A stretch of DNA of 64,000 bases from the human T2T-CHM13v2.0 reference genome, Homo sapiens: assembly GCF_009914755.1 (NCBI RefSeq), contig NC_060927.1. One strand, given 5' to 3'. Below the pieces are notes generated by a model, which was not told the DNA's origin, made no database searches, and saw nothing but the letters and a program-made list of their open reading frames with translations. The position numbers and the translations under genes were made by a program. Of the stretch, positions 29,933 to 45,773 are shown piece by piece; the first letter of the stretch is position 1; every line of letters begins with the position of its first letter.

Positions 29933-32097
29933 CTAGACTTTAACCTCCAAGGGGGCTTGGAGCATTTTTGTTTTGTTCACCGTCTCAGCCCCTCTGCCTG
30001 ACAGTGACTGGCACATCCCACAGAGTCAGGAAATATAACTATAGGGTCTTTCTGCACATGAAGAATGGATTTGTGCCTAAAAAAAATCTGTAGAACACCA
30101 ATATATTAACTCAAACCTCTACGTATTCATTTACTGTGAGATCCTAAAGAATCTTAAGAACAGGCTTCAGGCTGGGGAAGTGAAGGGGCCTAGTTCTCTG
30201 TGATACATGGTCTTGGTTTGTTCACAGACGTCCCACATGAAATATCCCCATCTTTCTCATAGTTAAGCAATACAAGGTCTCTAACATCCTCATACCTTGT
30301 GCAGCGGTTTCCAAATACATTTAGTTTACTGTGTGAAAAGCCCTCTTATCATGCAGAGAGGACTGTTGGGGCTACACTACCATGGGGTTGGCTTGCTTGA
30401 GCATCAAACTCAGATCCCAGCAGGCTGAGCCCCCACAACCCGCCCCCATTGAGGCTCTTCCCCTGACAGCTCACTCTCTCCACCTAGGGGTGTGTGTGTG
30501 AAGCTACAGATTATGTCTTTCTTCAAGGAGCCCTCTATTAATTCCAGCAACATCAGTGCCACAGTAAACATATTTTTCTATTTTTTCTGTTATGTGAATA
30601 ATACTACCCTAGGAATTTAAAGTCAATTGAAATAAATCTATGTCCAAAACAAAGGAGGGAGAAAGAAAACAAAACAGATGCCAAAAAACACTCCAAAGCC
30701 ATACAATGGCCTCACATGTTCTGACTGCAGGAACTAACACCCTCCCCTCACACACGCACGCCCTACTTGGGATGGGATGGGATCAATGCCCAAGATCAGG
30801 AGTGACAGCTGGCCTGTGGGTCACCACACGAAATGCCAAACTGAGGGAAGGACAGGAAACGACTTTTGGAAGTTCTTCATATTAGTACTTCTGGAGAAGC
30901 AAGTTTTCATTCTCATTGCAGCCATTTATTGTGTATCGCTCTGTAATAGATGCTTTCAAATATGTTATTTTATCTACCCCTCACAACAGCAACTAACCAG
31001 CATCAAGAACAGGTACCAGATTATAAAGATTTGATAATAAAAACAGAATAGGGTAAACCTTGCAGGCAAGCGGGAACATTTCAGAATTCTCTATTTATCT
31101 CCTGTTCACTGTACAGCTTTGATAATTACCTGAAGGGAGAATGATTTGAACACCGAGACATCTGTACAGCTGCTTCAAACTATAATGTGATAAAAAATTA
31201 CTGTACAGGGATGTATTACAAAACCGTATATATCACAGTTTCCAGATGATTTATAGGCTATTTAAGAATGATTTTGACTACTTATGTTTTAATTTAATCC
31301 CTTGTAAGATGTAAGACTGCTCTTTGTGCAAGGTATAAAATATGCCATGATGGCTACAGGAAGGGCATTCAGGGGATGGGCCCAGGTCTCACTGCACCCT
31401 CTTTGCCATCTGGCAAACCTTCAGCAGCATTCTGTTGTCTCCTCAAATCCTGTTTCCTCCCTTCTGAGACAAGAGCTCACATTCCTTTTTGATGTTATCT
31501 ACTACTGCCAGCTCCAAATCTTCCCTCTAACTGCAGAAGTTCACCTTGAATTTCTTATGGCAATAATTGAAACTTCTATTGCTTGGCGTTTTCAGTTAAC
31601 AAAGTGCTGTCACCTATATTGTTTCATTTGATCCTCACAAAAAGTTTATGAGATTGTTTAACTCTCCTTCAGAGGCAGGACAGCCAAGGCCCAGAGAGGA
31701 CAAGTGGCTTGCCAAGAGGAATACAGTTTCTTAGTGGCAGAAGCTCAAATCCAAGTTTTCTCACTCCAAGTCACAGTGCTTTTTCTAGAACACAGTTTAT
31801 ATTGACTCATATTGTCTGCTTTTTGCCTAGATTCCCTGTTGGCAAAACTCATGGGATTCTACCTCCTACTCCTTTTACTATACAGTACTATACTGGTATC
31901 TGATAGTTAAAAAGGGTGTGTGGACTCTTCTTATCCACATAAGCATATAGTAACTGTTGTTATAGCTGCAAACCTAACACTCATACACAGCTGCTCAGAG
32001 AGTAGAAAGGATCAGTCACTTGTATGAGCCAAAAACAAGAAAACTCAAGACAGTTGTCATTTGTCCCTTATTACCAAAGGGCAGCCATGGTAGCAAC

Positions 32098-32207
32098 TGC
32101 TTCTTCTTCTTGTTCTTGTTCTTCTTCCTCTTCCCTCCCCTCTTTTTCTTCTTTTCCTTCTCTTTTTTCTTTCTCTCCTCTTCCTCCTTTTCCTTCTTTT
32201 TCTTCCC
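32098..32207. repeat. CT-rich/(CTT)n low-complexity tract
   Basis: Near-pure pyrimidine tract. Confidence 0.9.
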
Positions 32208-32370
32208 AGTGAGTAAGTGCTAAGTGTTTTTATGTGCATTATCTCACCTAATCTTCCTCATAAATCTGAGAAGAATTTTTATCCCTGAAGGAGAAAAATG
32301 AAGCTCAAGAAGGTTAATTTTCCCAGGGCTCCATGGCTAGTAATTAGTAAAAGGATTTTTTTTTTTAATT

Positions 32371-32501
32371 AGCTGGGAGTGTTGGCTCATGCCTGTAATC
32401 TCAGCACTTTGGGATGCTGAGGTGGAAGGATTGCTTGAGCCCAGGAGTTCAAGACCAGCTTGGGCAACATAGGGAGAACTCCCTGCTCCAGCGCCCCTCT
32501 A

Positions 32502-32532
<31 letters not shown>

Positions 32533-32690
32533 AAAATTAGCTGGGCATGGTTGTGCATGCCTGCAGTCCCAGCTACTCCAGGTGCCTGATGTGGGAGGAT
32601 CGTTTGGGCCCAGGAGGTCAAGGCTGCAGTAAGCCATAATCATGCCACTGCATTCTAGCCTGGGCAACAGAGCCAGACCCTGTCTCAAAC

Positions 32691-32720
<30 letters not shown>
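32371..32720 (+). mobile_element. AluJ with expanded poly-A linker and (CAAAA)n tail
   Basis: ggattgcttgagcccaggag; long A run at about 32503-32528. Confidence 0.9.
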
Positions 32721-32723
<3 letters not shown>

Positions 32724-32821
32724 ATATATATATACACACACACACATTTATATATCTACATATGCACATATCTACTTTTATATATGTGTACATATATATA
32801 CACACACACATATATATATGT
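32721..32821. repeat. (TA)n/(CA)n compound microsatellite
   Basis: atatatatatatacacacacac... Confidence 0.9.
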
Positions 32822-35815
32822 AGTCAGTATCTTATTTTGTGCTGAAGCCTATCTCAAACATGGAACAAAAAACGAATAGACATGGTTCCTTTCCTATCAG
32901 CATATGGGTTAGGGTGAACACATGGAACAGATCCTCATAATGCAGAAAGTGTGAGATGGAGAAGGAGTGCGGGGGGAAACTTCTTCGAGAAGGTGACATG
33001 GGCTGATTTTGGAGGATGAGCAGAAGTTTGCCTTCCAGTGAGGGAGGAGAAGCACATTTCAGGCATGAAAAGGCTGACATGCTCAGGGAACCTCAGAGCA
33101 CTGTGTGGCAGAAGCTCAGTGTGAATGAGGAGAGATTTGCAGAAGGGGCCGCCACACGATGTGGTGAGACTGAGAGGCAGCCAGACCTTCAGGACATCAG
33201 GGCACAGCAGGGGACTTCAAGCAAGACATGGCATGGCTACTTTGGACTTTTAGAGGCATGATGGTTCTAGTGATGTGGAAAGTGAAAAGGAGGATTCAGG
33301 AACTAAAGAGAGATAAAAGCTGGCATCATAATCCAGATAAGATGATGAACATCACCCAGGCAGCAGAATTGGGGCTCAAAAAAGACAAATTTCAGAGAAT
33401 GTTTGAGATGGAGTCATCAGGTTTAGGTGTGAGGAGAAAAGAGGAAGGTAATCAAGGTGGACTCTGAGATTTCGAACTTAGTGCACAAAATCCAGGGCTC
33501 TGCAATGCCATAGCATTTAGCACTGTTTTCCTGAGAAATGTTTTTTGGTGATAATATTAAGGGAGGGAGCAAAAGTAGTTAACTCATTCTGTCCTGAGAA
33601 CCATATTAAAGAACACCCTAGAAGGAAAAAGAAACCTGGGCATTTTGAAATATACCCTCTTGGTTTCCTTTGAAGTAGAACCTCCTCCCATCCAAGGTCT
33701 TCCTCCCTGAGACAATTGGCCATCCCTCCCTTGACCCTGAGCTGCTGAAAGGAAAGCAGCCTGCACAGGGTGTGGGGACAGCCATAGGAGGGGAAGCAGA
33801 GGATGAGCCAGGAGTGGTCAGTAGTCAGGGAGGGACGGGGCTATGCATGGCACTCCTGGGCCAGGCTGCAACTCTTCACCTCCTTAGAAAGAGTCAAGGG
33901 CAAGGAGAGCACCCTCACATCTGTGGTTCAGACACCGAGACACTGAACTGAACACAGTTAAATGTTCTGCCTTGACATTCAGCTAAGACCATCTGGATTT
34001 GCACTTCAGAAATTACTTATTAGCAAAGAACATCATAAGCTGCTTGTAAACATATTCCCAAGAGCTGAAAGCCACCTTAATAGGATGAGATTGGATTTGC
34101 ACCATGTAATCTTAGCTTTCATGAACCAGAAACAGTTCACAAATGTTAGGAGCCAGTTTTGCCCTTGGCTGACTTAGGGTCTAGCCACACCTCTGCCATA
34201 TACCATTTATCTCTCAGGCTTCATCTGTGAAATGAATGGGAGTAACAGCAACATCCACCTCACAGGTTCAGGTAAGAGTAAATAACACAAGGTACATAAA
34301 GCACTCAGCACAGTTCCTACCACATACTTGCTTGATTCAGCCTTATTATTCATTTTTATGAATATAAAGTATTATTGTAAATGGAATTTATTTTTATGCA
34401 TTAAAACTTTAAAAATGTTATGCTTTTATAATGATTCTGTGACTTAATTTCAACCAGGCATAAATAAGGCTCAAAAAAAACCTCTTTATTGTGATATAAG
34501 TAACCCTTGATTCACATACTATTATAGATGTATAAATCAAATGTCATAAATAAATCATTTCAAATATGCTAAGGAAATAACTACTCCAACAAAGGGCATT
34601 TGTGTAATGGGTCAGAGCACTGGCTTTGGAGTCAGACAGACCTAAGTTCAAACCCAGGCACTTCCATTTACTAGCCTCACCTTCTTAATCTGTAAAATGG
34701 GTATATGTTCATTCATTCAGTGAGTGTTTACTGAAGGTTACTCTATGCCAAGCACTGTTCAAATAAAGTAGCATCTCCTTGGAGCATTAGGAAAGATGAT
34801 GGAAAGCAGCTAGCCCAGAGTCTGGCACTAGAGGACCCAGGAAATGAGAGCTGCTGCTATTTATGAAGCACTGCCTGTGCTGGAACTGGGGACAGAGACA
34901 GTGGCACATGGTCTTTGCCCTTGGAAGTTTATCGTCCTGAAGAGAAGACAAACAAATGGACAGGTGATGGCAGCGCAGGGTCCAGGGGCTCTGTACAACA
35001 GGGGCGGAAACACAGAGCGCTGGGGAGCACAGAAGGAAACCAAACCCAGGCTGAGGGCAGAAGCATTGTGGAGCTTCTCCCAGAGGAGGTGGCATCTGAA
35101 TTCACCAGACAGAGCGCGCCAGCAAAGCATTCGTATTCAGGCCCCCTGGTTTCTGTCTTCAGCTGAGAAGAGAGTTCTGTGAAATTCGTGCCTTTCTGCT
35201 CCCACTTTGATGGGATTACTACAGCTCAGGTGGAAATACCTGCATAATAATTGGATGCTTTAAAATGTCAGTTAAGTGCATCTAAACTGCTTCTGCTCTC
35301 CTTGCTTCACTGCCAGGTCCATGAAAAACTCAGGACCCCTCTCTCCCTGGGTTTGGGGAGTTGGACACAGTGATCAAACTGAACGTGAACACAGGCTTTT
35401 TTGCCAGACTCTCAAAGACCGCCAGAACCAGAGAGTTTGAAGGGAGAGAAGAAGGGCCTGAGTGTGGCTATGTGGTGGTTTGTGAGGGGTGAGGCTGCAG
35501 CAGGAGTGGGACTCACGATTTCTCCAGGCAACCAAATTCAATCCTTGCTTCTACGTTCCCCGTAAACGTTTCACAAATCCTACCACCAGGAGGTGCTGTC
35601 ATGCCACTGCTGTGCAGGCTCTCCAAAGAGGCCCGAAACTCAGGATTGCCAATTCTTTCACCTCAGGATCTTTTCTTCATAAAGTGTGCCTGGAAAATAT
35701 TGCATCTTTATAACCTTTTATAATTACCAAGTTTTAAAATTGTAAAGATAGAAAGGACTAAATGGAAAAATGCAGAACAGAAAGATGGGTGTTTCATGTT
35801 GGAAAAAAAAAAAGG

Positions 35816-37704
<1,889 letters not shown>

Positions 37705-37722
37705 GTACTGAAAAGAACAATC

Positions 37723-38053
<331 letters not shown>

Positions 38054-38115
38054 TCACAATTGTGATGTGGTTCTTAGTCTGTTATATAGATTAAAAAAAA
38101 AAAAAAACTGATGCT

Positions 38116-38255
38116 GGCTGGGCGTGGTGACTCACACCTGTAATCACCGCACTTTGGGAAGCCAAGGTGGGAGGACTGACCTCAGGAGTTTGAGACCAGC
38201 CTGGGCAGTATAGTGAGACCTCCGTGTCTATTTTTTTAAAAAAAGAGAAAAAGAA
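38116..38255 (+). mobile_element. Alu monomer (FLAM_C-like)
   Basis: TSD aaactgatg on both sides. Confidence 0.85.
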
Positions 38256-38778
38256 ACTGATGTTAAAGGAAGTGAGTAACTTGCATGAGGAATACATAGC
38301 TAGTAAGGGGAATGCTTGGGTTCAAACCCGGGTTCATCTGAATCCAAAATACCAGCTCTTTCCATTAGACTAGACTGCTTAGATTAAGTAAAATAATGAC
38401 AATACTAGCCTTTATTGAGGACTTACTATATGCTAAGCACTGATCTAAGCACTTTACTCATACTAACTCACATAGTCCTGACAATAACCCTAAGATATGA
38501 TAATGTAACTCCCATTTTATAGGTAAGTACACAAGGCACACAGCTAGCAAGCTGCTAGTACCTGTACTCTTATGGAAAGATGAATCAATGCTATAAACAA
38601 TGTTTTATTTTGAAATCAAAAGCAAAATGTTCATTCCTTCCTTTTCTGTGAAGGTTATCATAAAGATCTAAAAACAATAACATCAACATTAATTCAGTAG
38701 ATAGATAAAGAGTTTTTCATTAAGGCTCTGAAAGGATGGAGGAAACAAAGAGACCAATTTGGGGCTCTAAGAATGTAA

Positions 38779-39168
<390 letters not shown>

Positions 39169-39619
39169 ACAATGCCCTTTATATTGCAATAAACTCTTTA
39201 TATAATAAAATATAAATATATTGCAGTTTCTCCTAATTCACAGCTTATGTAAAACATGTATTAAGGCAACAGACTATTTGTTCCTTTTGAAGAAAATTAA
39301 TTACATCTTTGTGTGTGAGAGATTCCTACATGTTAACAAAAATATAGTGAGTCAAATTCACAATTTGGTTAAAATTAGGCCTTGAAATCAGGCTCTTCCC
39401 TTTAGCTATATGACACATTTGTACTTTACATGGCTTCAGATGGCCACTACACTTGACAAGTCATCTGTCAAAAGTCAAAACGGTCTCTAACAATGATAGC
39501 TAGGATAAAGCTGTGAACATTTGTGAAATTCTACTGCTGGAGTGTCTCTATTTTCCTGTCCCCATCATAGATGGTGAATTTGCCTGTCTTTTTGGACAGC
39601 TAATGAAAATTGTTCTGCC

Positions 39620-39790
39620 AGTTCTGTGACCTGGGAGAAAGTAACTTAGCCTCTCTGTGCCTCTGCTTCCTTATTTGTGAAACCGAAAAAGAGAACCCAG
39701 AGGTTTCTTTGGGGAATAAATGAGTGAATATGTGTGAAGTGATTAGAACAGGGTCTGGCACACAGGGTGTACTCAATAAAAACTGTACAT
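39620..39790 (+). mobile_element. MIR
   Basis: ctgtgacctgggagaaagtaacttagcctctctgtgcctctgcttcctt...aaatgag...tagaacagggtctggcacacag...ctcaataaa. Confidence 0.7.
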
Positions 39791-39945
39791 TTTGTGGTAT
39801 TTAAATTGTTAGTACAGAGTATTTTCTCGTGAAGCTAGTTTTGGGTGGAAAGTAGTGCATGAGAAACATTGTTATGGTAACTTTCTAGTGGAGGGAATTG
39901 CACACTTTTTACAAATGTTTCCTTTGTCCCCTATATCACCAACAG

Positions 39946-40135
39946 GGATTATCTCAATGATGAGGCCTTATGGAACAAGTGCCGAGAGCCTCTCAATGTG
40001 GTTCCCTGGAATCTGACCCTCTTCTCCATCCTGCTGGTCGTAGGAGGAATCCAGATGGTTCTCTGCGCCATCCAGGTGGTCAATGGCCTCCTGGGGACCC
40101 TCTGTGGGGACTGCCAGTGTTGTGGCTGCTGTGGG
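39946..40135 (+). CDS. TM4SF4: TM4SF4 exon 4
   Basis: caacAG acceptor; DYLNDEALWNKCREPLNVVPWNLTLFSILLVVGGIQMVLCAIQVVNGLLGTLCGDCQCCGCCG; donor GTAAGT; 190 nt, phase-compatible with exon 3. Confidence 0.97.
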
Positions 40136-40951
40136 GTAAGTTCAGGCTTTTGCTGTTTCTTCTCAGCATGAGGGAGGCCAGGTCAGGCCACTAGCATAAG
40201 GGAGGCCAGGTCAGGCCACCAGCACTGAAGGAATGAGGGGGTAAGTGTGGCCACCTGCAGAAAACCAGCCCAGGTTGGGAAGCCCAGTCAGCCCTGTCTG
40301 TCAGCTCATGGAGACAGACACATTGCATTACTGGAACCCAGAGCATGTTAAAACACCCAGGCTGAAGTTGGCCATAATTTTCAGCCTCACATCCAGTTGA
40401 CCGTAGTTCTAGAGACAAAGGACTCTGTCTATATATAAACATTTACAATGATGTTTATATGAAGATCCACCTGAAGTGAGCATTTGTCATATGGGTACAG
40501 TGTCAGCGATAGTACATCACGGTCTGGGCTGGCATGTTCTCACTTCCTCAGATGAACAGAACATACCAATGCAAAACCTATATTTGATATGATTTCTGAT
40601 ACAGAAAAAGAGGTAGTTCTTATATGGGAAGAAAAAAGGGAAATCACTCAGGCTTTAGTCTCTAAATAATATTGTAAAATACCAACAACAAATTACTAAA
40701 AATAAAAACAGACTTGCAGACAGTAAGACAGTCTGATTATTTCAACTAATACCCAAATCAAATTAGGCAATTATTCACACACATACACAAAGTTATTACA
40801 AGCACAGATTGATGTATGAAGAAAAAAATAAAACTTGAGGGTTCCCTAACTGGGGGATTATGTAAATATATGTAAATAAAGGTCTATTCACTTAATATTA
40901 TGGTAAAACTTTAAAAGACTCAAATTATTTTATTTAAATTTTAAATAAGAA

Positions 40952-41120
40952 GGTCAAGCATAGTGGCACATGCCTGTAGCTCCAGCTACTCAGGAGACTG
41001 AGGCACGAGAATCACTTGAATCTGGGAGGCAGAGGTTGCAGTGAGCCGAGATCTCACCACCGCACTCCAGTCTGTGTGACAGAGTGAGACCCTGTCTCAA
41101 TAAATAAATAAATAAATACA
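40952..41120 (+). mobile_element. Alu right arm (5'-truncated) with (TAAA)n tail
   Basis: gcatagtggcacatgcctgtag...gagaccctgtctcaataaataaat. Confidence 0.88.
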
Positions 41121-41948
41121 TTTATTTTAAATAAGCATTACATGTATATAACTCAAAAACTAAATATGTACATGTATACACACACAGAGAAATATATAAA
41201 GGTATTCAGTTGGAAAGTCTCCCTCCGGCCTTTGTCTTCTATCCAGCCAGTTTCCTCCAATCTCCTCACCTAGGTAAGGTTACCTAATTTCTTATATAGC
41301 TTGTCACAGTATCTCTTTTTATTATTTTATTCTCCCTATCTTAAAAGAATGTTTCCCCCAAAATTGCAGTAATATTGAAAATCCTTATGAGATACTGTTA
41401 TTAGCAGGATACAAAAATTGTACTTAATATACAATTATACAAGGAGGAAAAAACAAAATTCTGTGAATAGAAAAATAAAACAAAAAACTAAAGGAAATCC
41501 AACCAAAAGTTAAATAATCATTATTTCTAGGTAAGAAGACTGACTTTTTTCCTTTAATCTAGCCTATAGTATTAAAAAATTTTAATAATTATATATTACT
41601 TTTTTCAATGAAAAATATAAATAAGTCCCCCAAATCAGCAGTAAAATGTGTGTATTACAAATAAATTTCACTGTGTATTGCATTTTTATTCTACAAATTT
41701 TCAGTTCTACTGTATTGTATTCAAATGTTTTGGTCTTTAAACATACTAGAGAGGAAAAGCAACTACCAACTAGTAATCCACCAAAATTATTTTTATGATA
41801 GTGATTGAAAATATTGAGCATTTATATCTTGTAATTCATCCAAAGTGAATGAATGTTTGCTAAATTATATATTGAAGTTTCAGTTTCTACATATTTTAGC
41901 TGGGTGTTAAATTTTCTTTGCAAGATTTATTGAAAATATGATTACTTT

Positions 41949-42285
41949 GGCTGGACATGGTGGCTCATGCCTGTAATCCCAGCACTTTGGGAGGCCAAGG
42001 CAAGAAGATCACTTGAACCCAAAAGTTCAAGACCAGCTTTGAACTGGTCTTGACCATGGCAACATGGTGAAACCCCATCTCTACTAAAAATACAAAAAAT
42101 TAACCAGATGTGGTGGCATGCACCTGTAGTCCCAGCTACTCAGGAGGCTGAGCTGGGAGCATCAGCTGAGCCCACGATGCTGAGGCTGCATGAGCTGAGA
42201 TCTTGCCCCTGCACTGCACCCTGGATAACAGAACAAGACCTTTCCAAAAAAAAAAAAAAAGAGAGAGAGAGAAAGAAAGAAAGAA
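41949..42285 (+). mobile_element. Alu (J-like) with internal inverted insertion
   Basis: TSD gaaaatatgattact on both sides. Confidence 0.9.
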
Positions 42286-43489
42286 AATATGATTACTCTT
42301 TGAATTGTTGATAATACTTTGCTAAATCTGAGAATTATCTCTCAATTTAAAAACACATTCATAGGTGTCAGCACGTTGGTTCCTTTTAGTGAGTTTCATT
42401 TATTTGGATACCATATTTTGGAGAACTTAATAACTGAGTCACTCGATAGGTTGAAAGACAGTAGATGGACTCCATGGTTATCAGTGCATGGGCACCAGAG
42501 ACTCACAGAGGGTGAATGTACACACAAGAATTGTCCATTTTTTTCCCTTCCTTTCTTCCTCCCTCCCTTCATCTCTCCTCTCTGTCTCTCTCCCCACTCC
42601 TCCTCCAACTTTCTATTTTGAAAACTTCAAATCTACATAAAGTTGAAGGAATGGTGCAATGAACACCTGTATACTTTCACCCATGTTCACAAAATTCTTA
42701 ATATTTTCTCACCCTCTCTGTTTCTGGACTCTTGGAAAGTAATTTTTGGACATCACAAAGTTTCACTACTAAATATTTCAGTGCACAAGAGCTGCAGTTT
42801 TAAAGTCAGTCTGCTGAAGATTCCTTTCTCTTGGGCAGCTGGCCTCTCATGGGGCTGGTCAGCATTCCTGCCCCAGTAGGACACTGAGGAAAGACGTGGG
42901 CTCTCAGCCTAGTTCCACAGCTTACTAGCTGAGTGACTCCAGCAAGCTGACTAACTTCTCATAGTCTCAGTTATTCCAACTGCCTCTTGCCTAACTTATG
43001 GAGAGAGTGTAAGATCAACATCTATACATTCAGGCGGAAAGTATTTACTGAGAGCTTCCTGAGCCTGGCACAGTCCTTAAATGAAGTGGTAGTTGGGAAT
43101 GTGTCTTAAAATACATGCTATGAGACCTGGTTTGAATGTCAGCTGTGTGGTCTTGGCCCAGTCAGTAGCCCTCAACTGCTCCTTGTCTGTAAAATGTGGC
43201 TATTAATACCTACTCCTACGGTTGTCAATGGAGTGCCTAGTACAGGGTGACAAGCATGAATTCATTTGAATCCTTAGAAGGCTCAGTAAATGGCATTGAA
43301 TGTTATTTACTAACCTTATGAAAGTCAGTGAGGTAGCATAGCTTCAAGTTTCCTTTAACACAATCTCTGGGTTCTGCCTCCCTGGTTCAAATCCCAGCTC
43401 TCCTACTTGTTAGTGGTGGCTTTCCACATAGCACTTGGTCTCTCAGCACCTCTTACCAAATTATTTTTTTAAATAAATGATGCATATTG

Positions 43490-43645
43490 TATACAATGTA
43501 TTCTCCTCAGGTGATGGGTGCACTGCAGTTTCAGAATTCATCAGCACCTAATTCATCATCCACAGAACCAACAACCACTTGTACCCCAAAAGCTATTGAA
43601 ATTTAAAAAAATTAAAAACAAAATAAAACAAAAATAAATAAATAA
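43490..43645 (+). mobile_element. L1P 3' end fragment
   Basis: ctcaggtgatgggtgcact...aaccacttgtaccccaaaagctattgaaat plus A-rich tail. Confidence 0.75.
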
Positions 43646-43898
43646 AATGTAACTTCCTTGAGGACTAAATAAATAAATACATGATGCAAAACAAAATGAA
43701 GCTTCCATTCCTATAACCTCAACACAGGTGGGTGCCAGAGTAAAGCCCTGAAACAAAGCCAGAAAAGTATAGGAAACATTCAATAGGCAACCATTAAGAG
43801 CCAGGAGGAAGGCAGGTGATGGGGATGGGAAGGAGGGGAAAAGCAAAAATTTACATAAATCATGACATCATAGTTAATTCACCTTTTCTACCTTCTAG

Positions 43899-43916
43899 GG
43901 AGATGGACCCGTTTAA
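43899..43916 (+). CDS. TM4SF4: TM4SF4 exon 5 coding part (GDGPV*)
   Basis: ccttttctaccttctAG acceptor; GGA GAT GGA CCC GTT TAA; exon sum 174+90+137+190+18 = 609 nt = 202 aa + stop. Confidence 0.95.
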   Translation, partial: GDGPV

Positions 43917-44094
43917 ACCTCCGAGATGAGCTGCTCAGACTCTACAGCATGACGACTACAATTTCTTTTCATAAAACTTCTTCTCTTCTTGGAATTATTA
44001 ATTCCTATCTGCTTCCTAGCTGATAAAGCTTAGAAAAGGCAGTTATTCCTTCTTTCCAACCAGCTTTGCTCGAGTTAGAATTTTGTTATTTTCA

Positions 44095-44100
44095 AATAAA
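44095..44100 (+). terminator. TM4SF4: Candidate proximal poly(A) signal of TM4SF4
   Basis: AATAAA about 180 nt after the stop codon. Confidence 0.5.
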
Positions 44101-44477
44101 AAATAGTTTGGCCACTTAACAAATTTGATTTATAAATCTTTCAAATTAGTTCCTTTTTAGAATTTACCAACAGGTTCAAAGCATACTTTTCATGATTTTT
44201 TTATTACAAATGTAAAATGTATAAAGTCACATGTACTGCCATACTACTTCTTTGTATATAAAGATGTTTATATCTTTGGAAGTTTTACATAAATCAAAGG
44301 AAGAAAGCACATTTAAAATGAGAAACTAAGACCAATTTCTGTTTTTAAGAGGAAAAAGAATGATTGATGTATCCTAAGTATTGTTATTTGTTGTCTTTTT
44401 TTGCTGCCTTGCTTGAGTTGCTTGTGACTGATCTTTTGAGGCTGTCATCATGGCTAGGGTTCTTTTATGTATGTTAA

Positions 44478-44483
44478 ATTAAA
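44478..44483 (+). terminator. TM4SF4: Candidate distal poly(A) signal of TM4SF4
   Basis: ATTAAA preceded by TGTA/U-rich sequence and followed by GU-rich ttgtgtgtgtttt at about 44513-44525. Confidence 0.6.
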
Positions 44484-45238
44484 ACCTGAATTCAGAGGTA
44501 ACGTAACAAAGATTGTGTGTGTTTTAGGAGGGGGGACAAAACGTTGAATGAATAACAACTCATCTTTTCTACAAATGCTTCCTTTGATCAAACAAAAAAA
44601 AGTTTTTAAAAAATTGATTTAAGTAATAATTTTGTCAGCCTATTGCCCAGGGTTAAGGTAATAAGTATTAGTATTCTATGTGTCTTATTAAGACTAACTG
44701 GCTTTATGAGTCAGGCACTAACAGGGCATCAGATCCATTCTGTTGATTTGTGTTCAAACCCCAACTTCACCACAAACCAGCTTAGGGGTCCCGGGACAGT
44801 TATTTTCAAAGTCTCAGTTTCCCCATCTGTAAAAGGACACCTGAGAGACAACCAGTCATACTGGAAATTTTGAAGTTGCCAAGGGTGAAGCAAAGGCCTG
44901 TGTGCTGCCAACGTGACTGTGTGCAATAAGAAGGGTCTCAGGGAAGTCCAAGCCAGAAAGTCTCCCTTCTGCCCTTGCCAAGCTAATAGGCTGCACCATG
45001 TAGGTCAGGCACACTGAAAACTGGGTTTGTCAAAGCCATCAATAAAGTAATTAATGATCACCTACTGTGTGCTGGCCCCCGCGGGGCTAGGCACTGAAGA
45101 TACAAAGAGTTACACGCTGTAGTTTTGCCCTCACTACAATGAGAACTCTATGAGATCAGGGATTGTGTCTGACATCTGAAACTTAATAGGCAGAGGCAAG
45201 AAAGGCAGATACACTGAAGATCTCGTTGCGGGAACTAT

Positions 45239-45280
45239 ACACACACACACACACACACACTCACACACACACACACACAC
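45239..45280. repeat. (CA)n microsatellite
   Basis: About 20 units with one interruption. Confidence 0.95.
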
Positions 45281-45439
45281 GGTGTTTCGATTCAGTTTAG
45301 ACCATTTGTTTTCAAACATGGCTGATCATCAAAATTACCTAGGAAATGTTCTGAAATTACAGATTTCTGAGCTACAGCCTAGACTCACTGCATTTGCAAA
45401 TCGGGGCATGAGACATGGAAGTCTGTTTTTTTTGTCAGT

Positions 45440-45773
45440 CTTTTCTTTTCTTTTTTTTTTTTTTGTTGTTATTGTTTGTTTGTTTTGAGACAGAGTCTCG
45501 CTGTCTGTCACCCAGGCTGGCGTGCAGTGGCGCAGCCATGTTGGCTCACTGTGACCTCCGCCTCCTGGGCTCAAGAGATTCTCCTGCCTCAGCCTCCTGA
45601 GTAGCTGGGATTACAGGCACCCACCACCACGCCTGGCTAATTTTTGTATTTTTAGTAGAGACAGGGTTTCATCACATTGGTCAGGCTGATCTCAAACTCC
45701 AGACCTCAGGTGGTCTGCCCGCCTCAGCCTCCCAAAGTGCTGAGATTACAGGCATGAGCCACCGCACCCTGCC
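45440..45773 (-). mobile_element. AluS, inserted in a MER5-like fossil
   Basis: Full dimer, reverse orientation. Confidence 0.92.
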
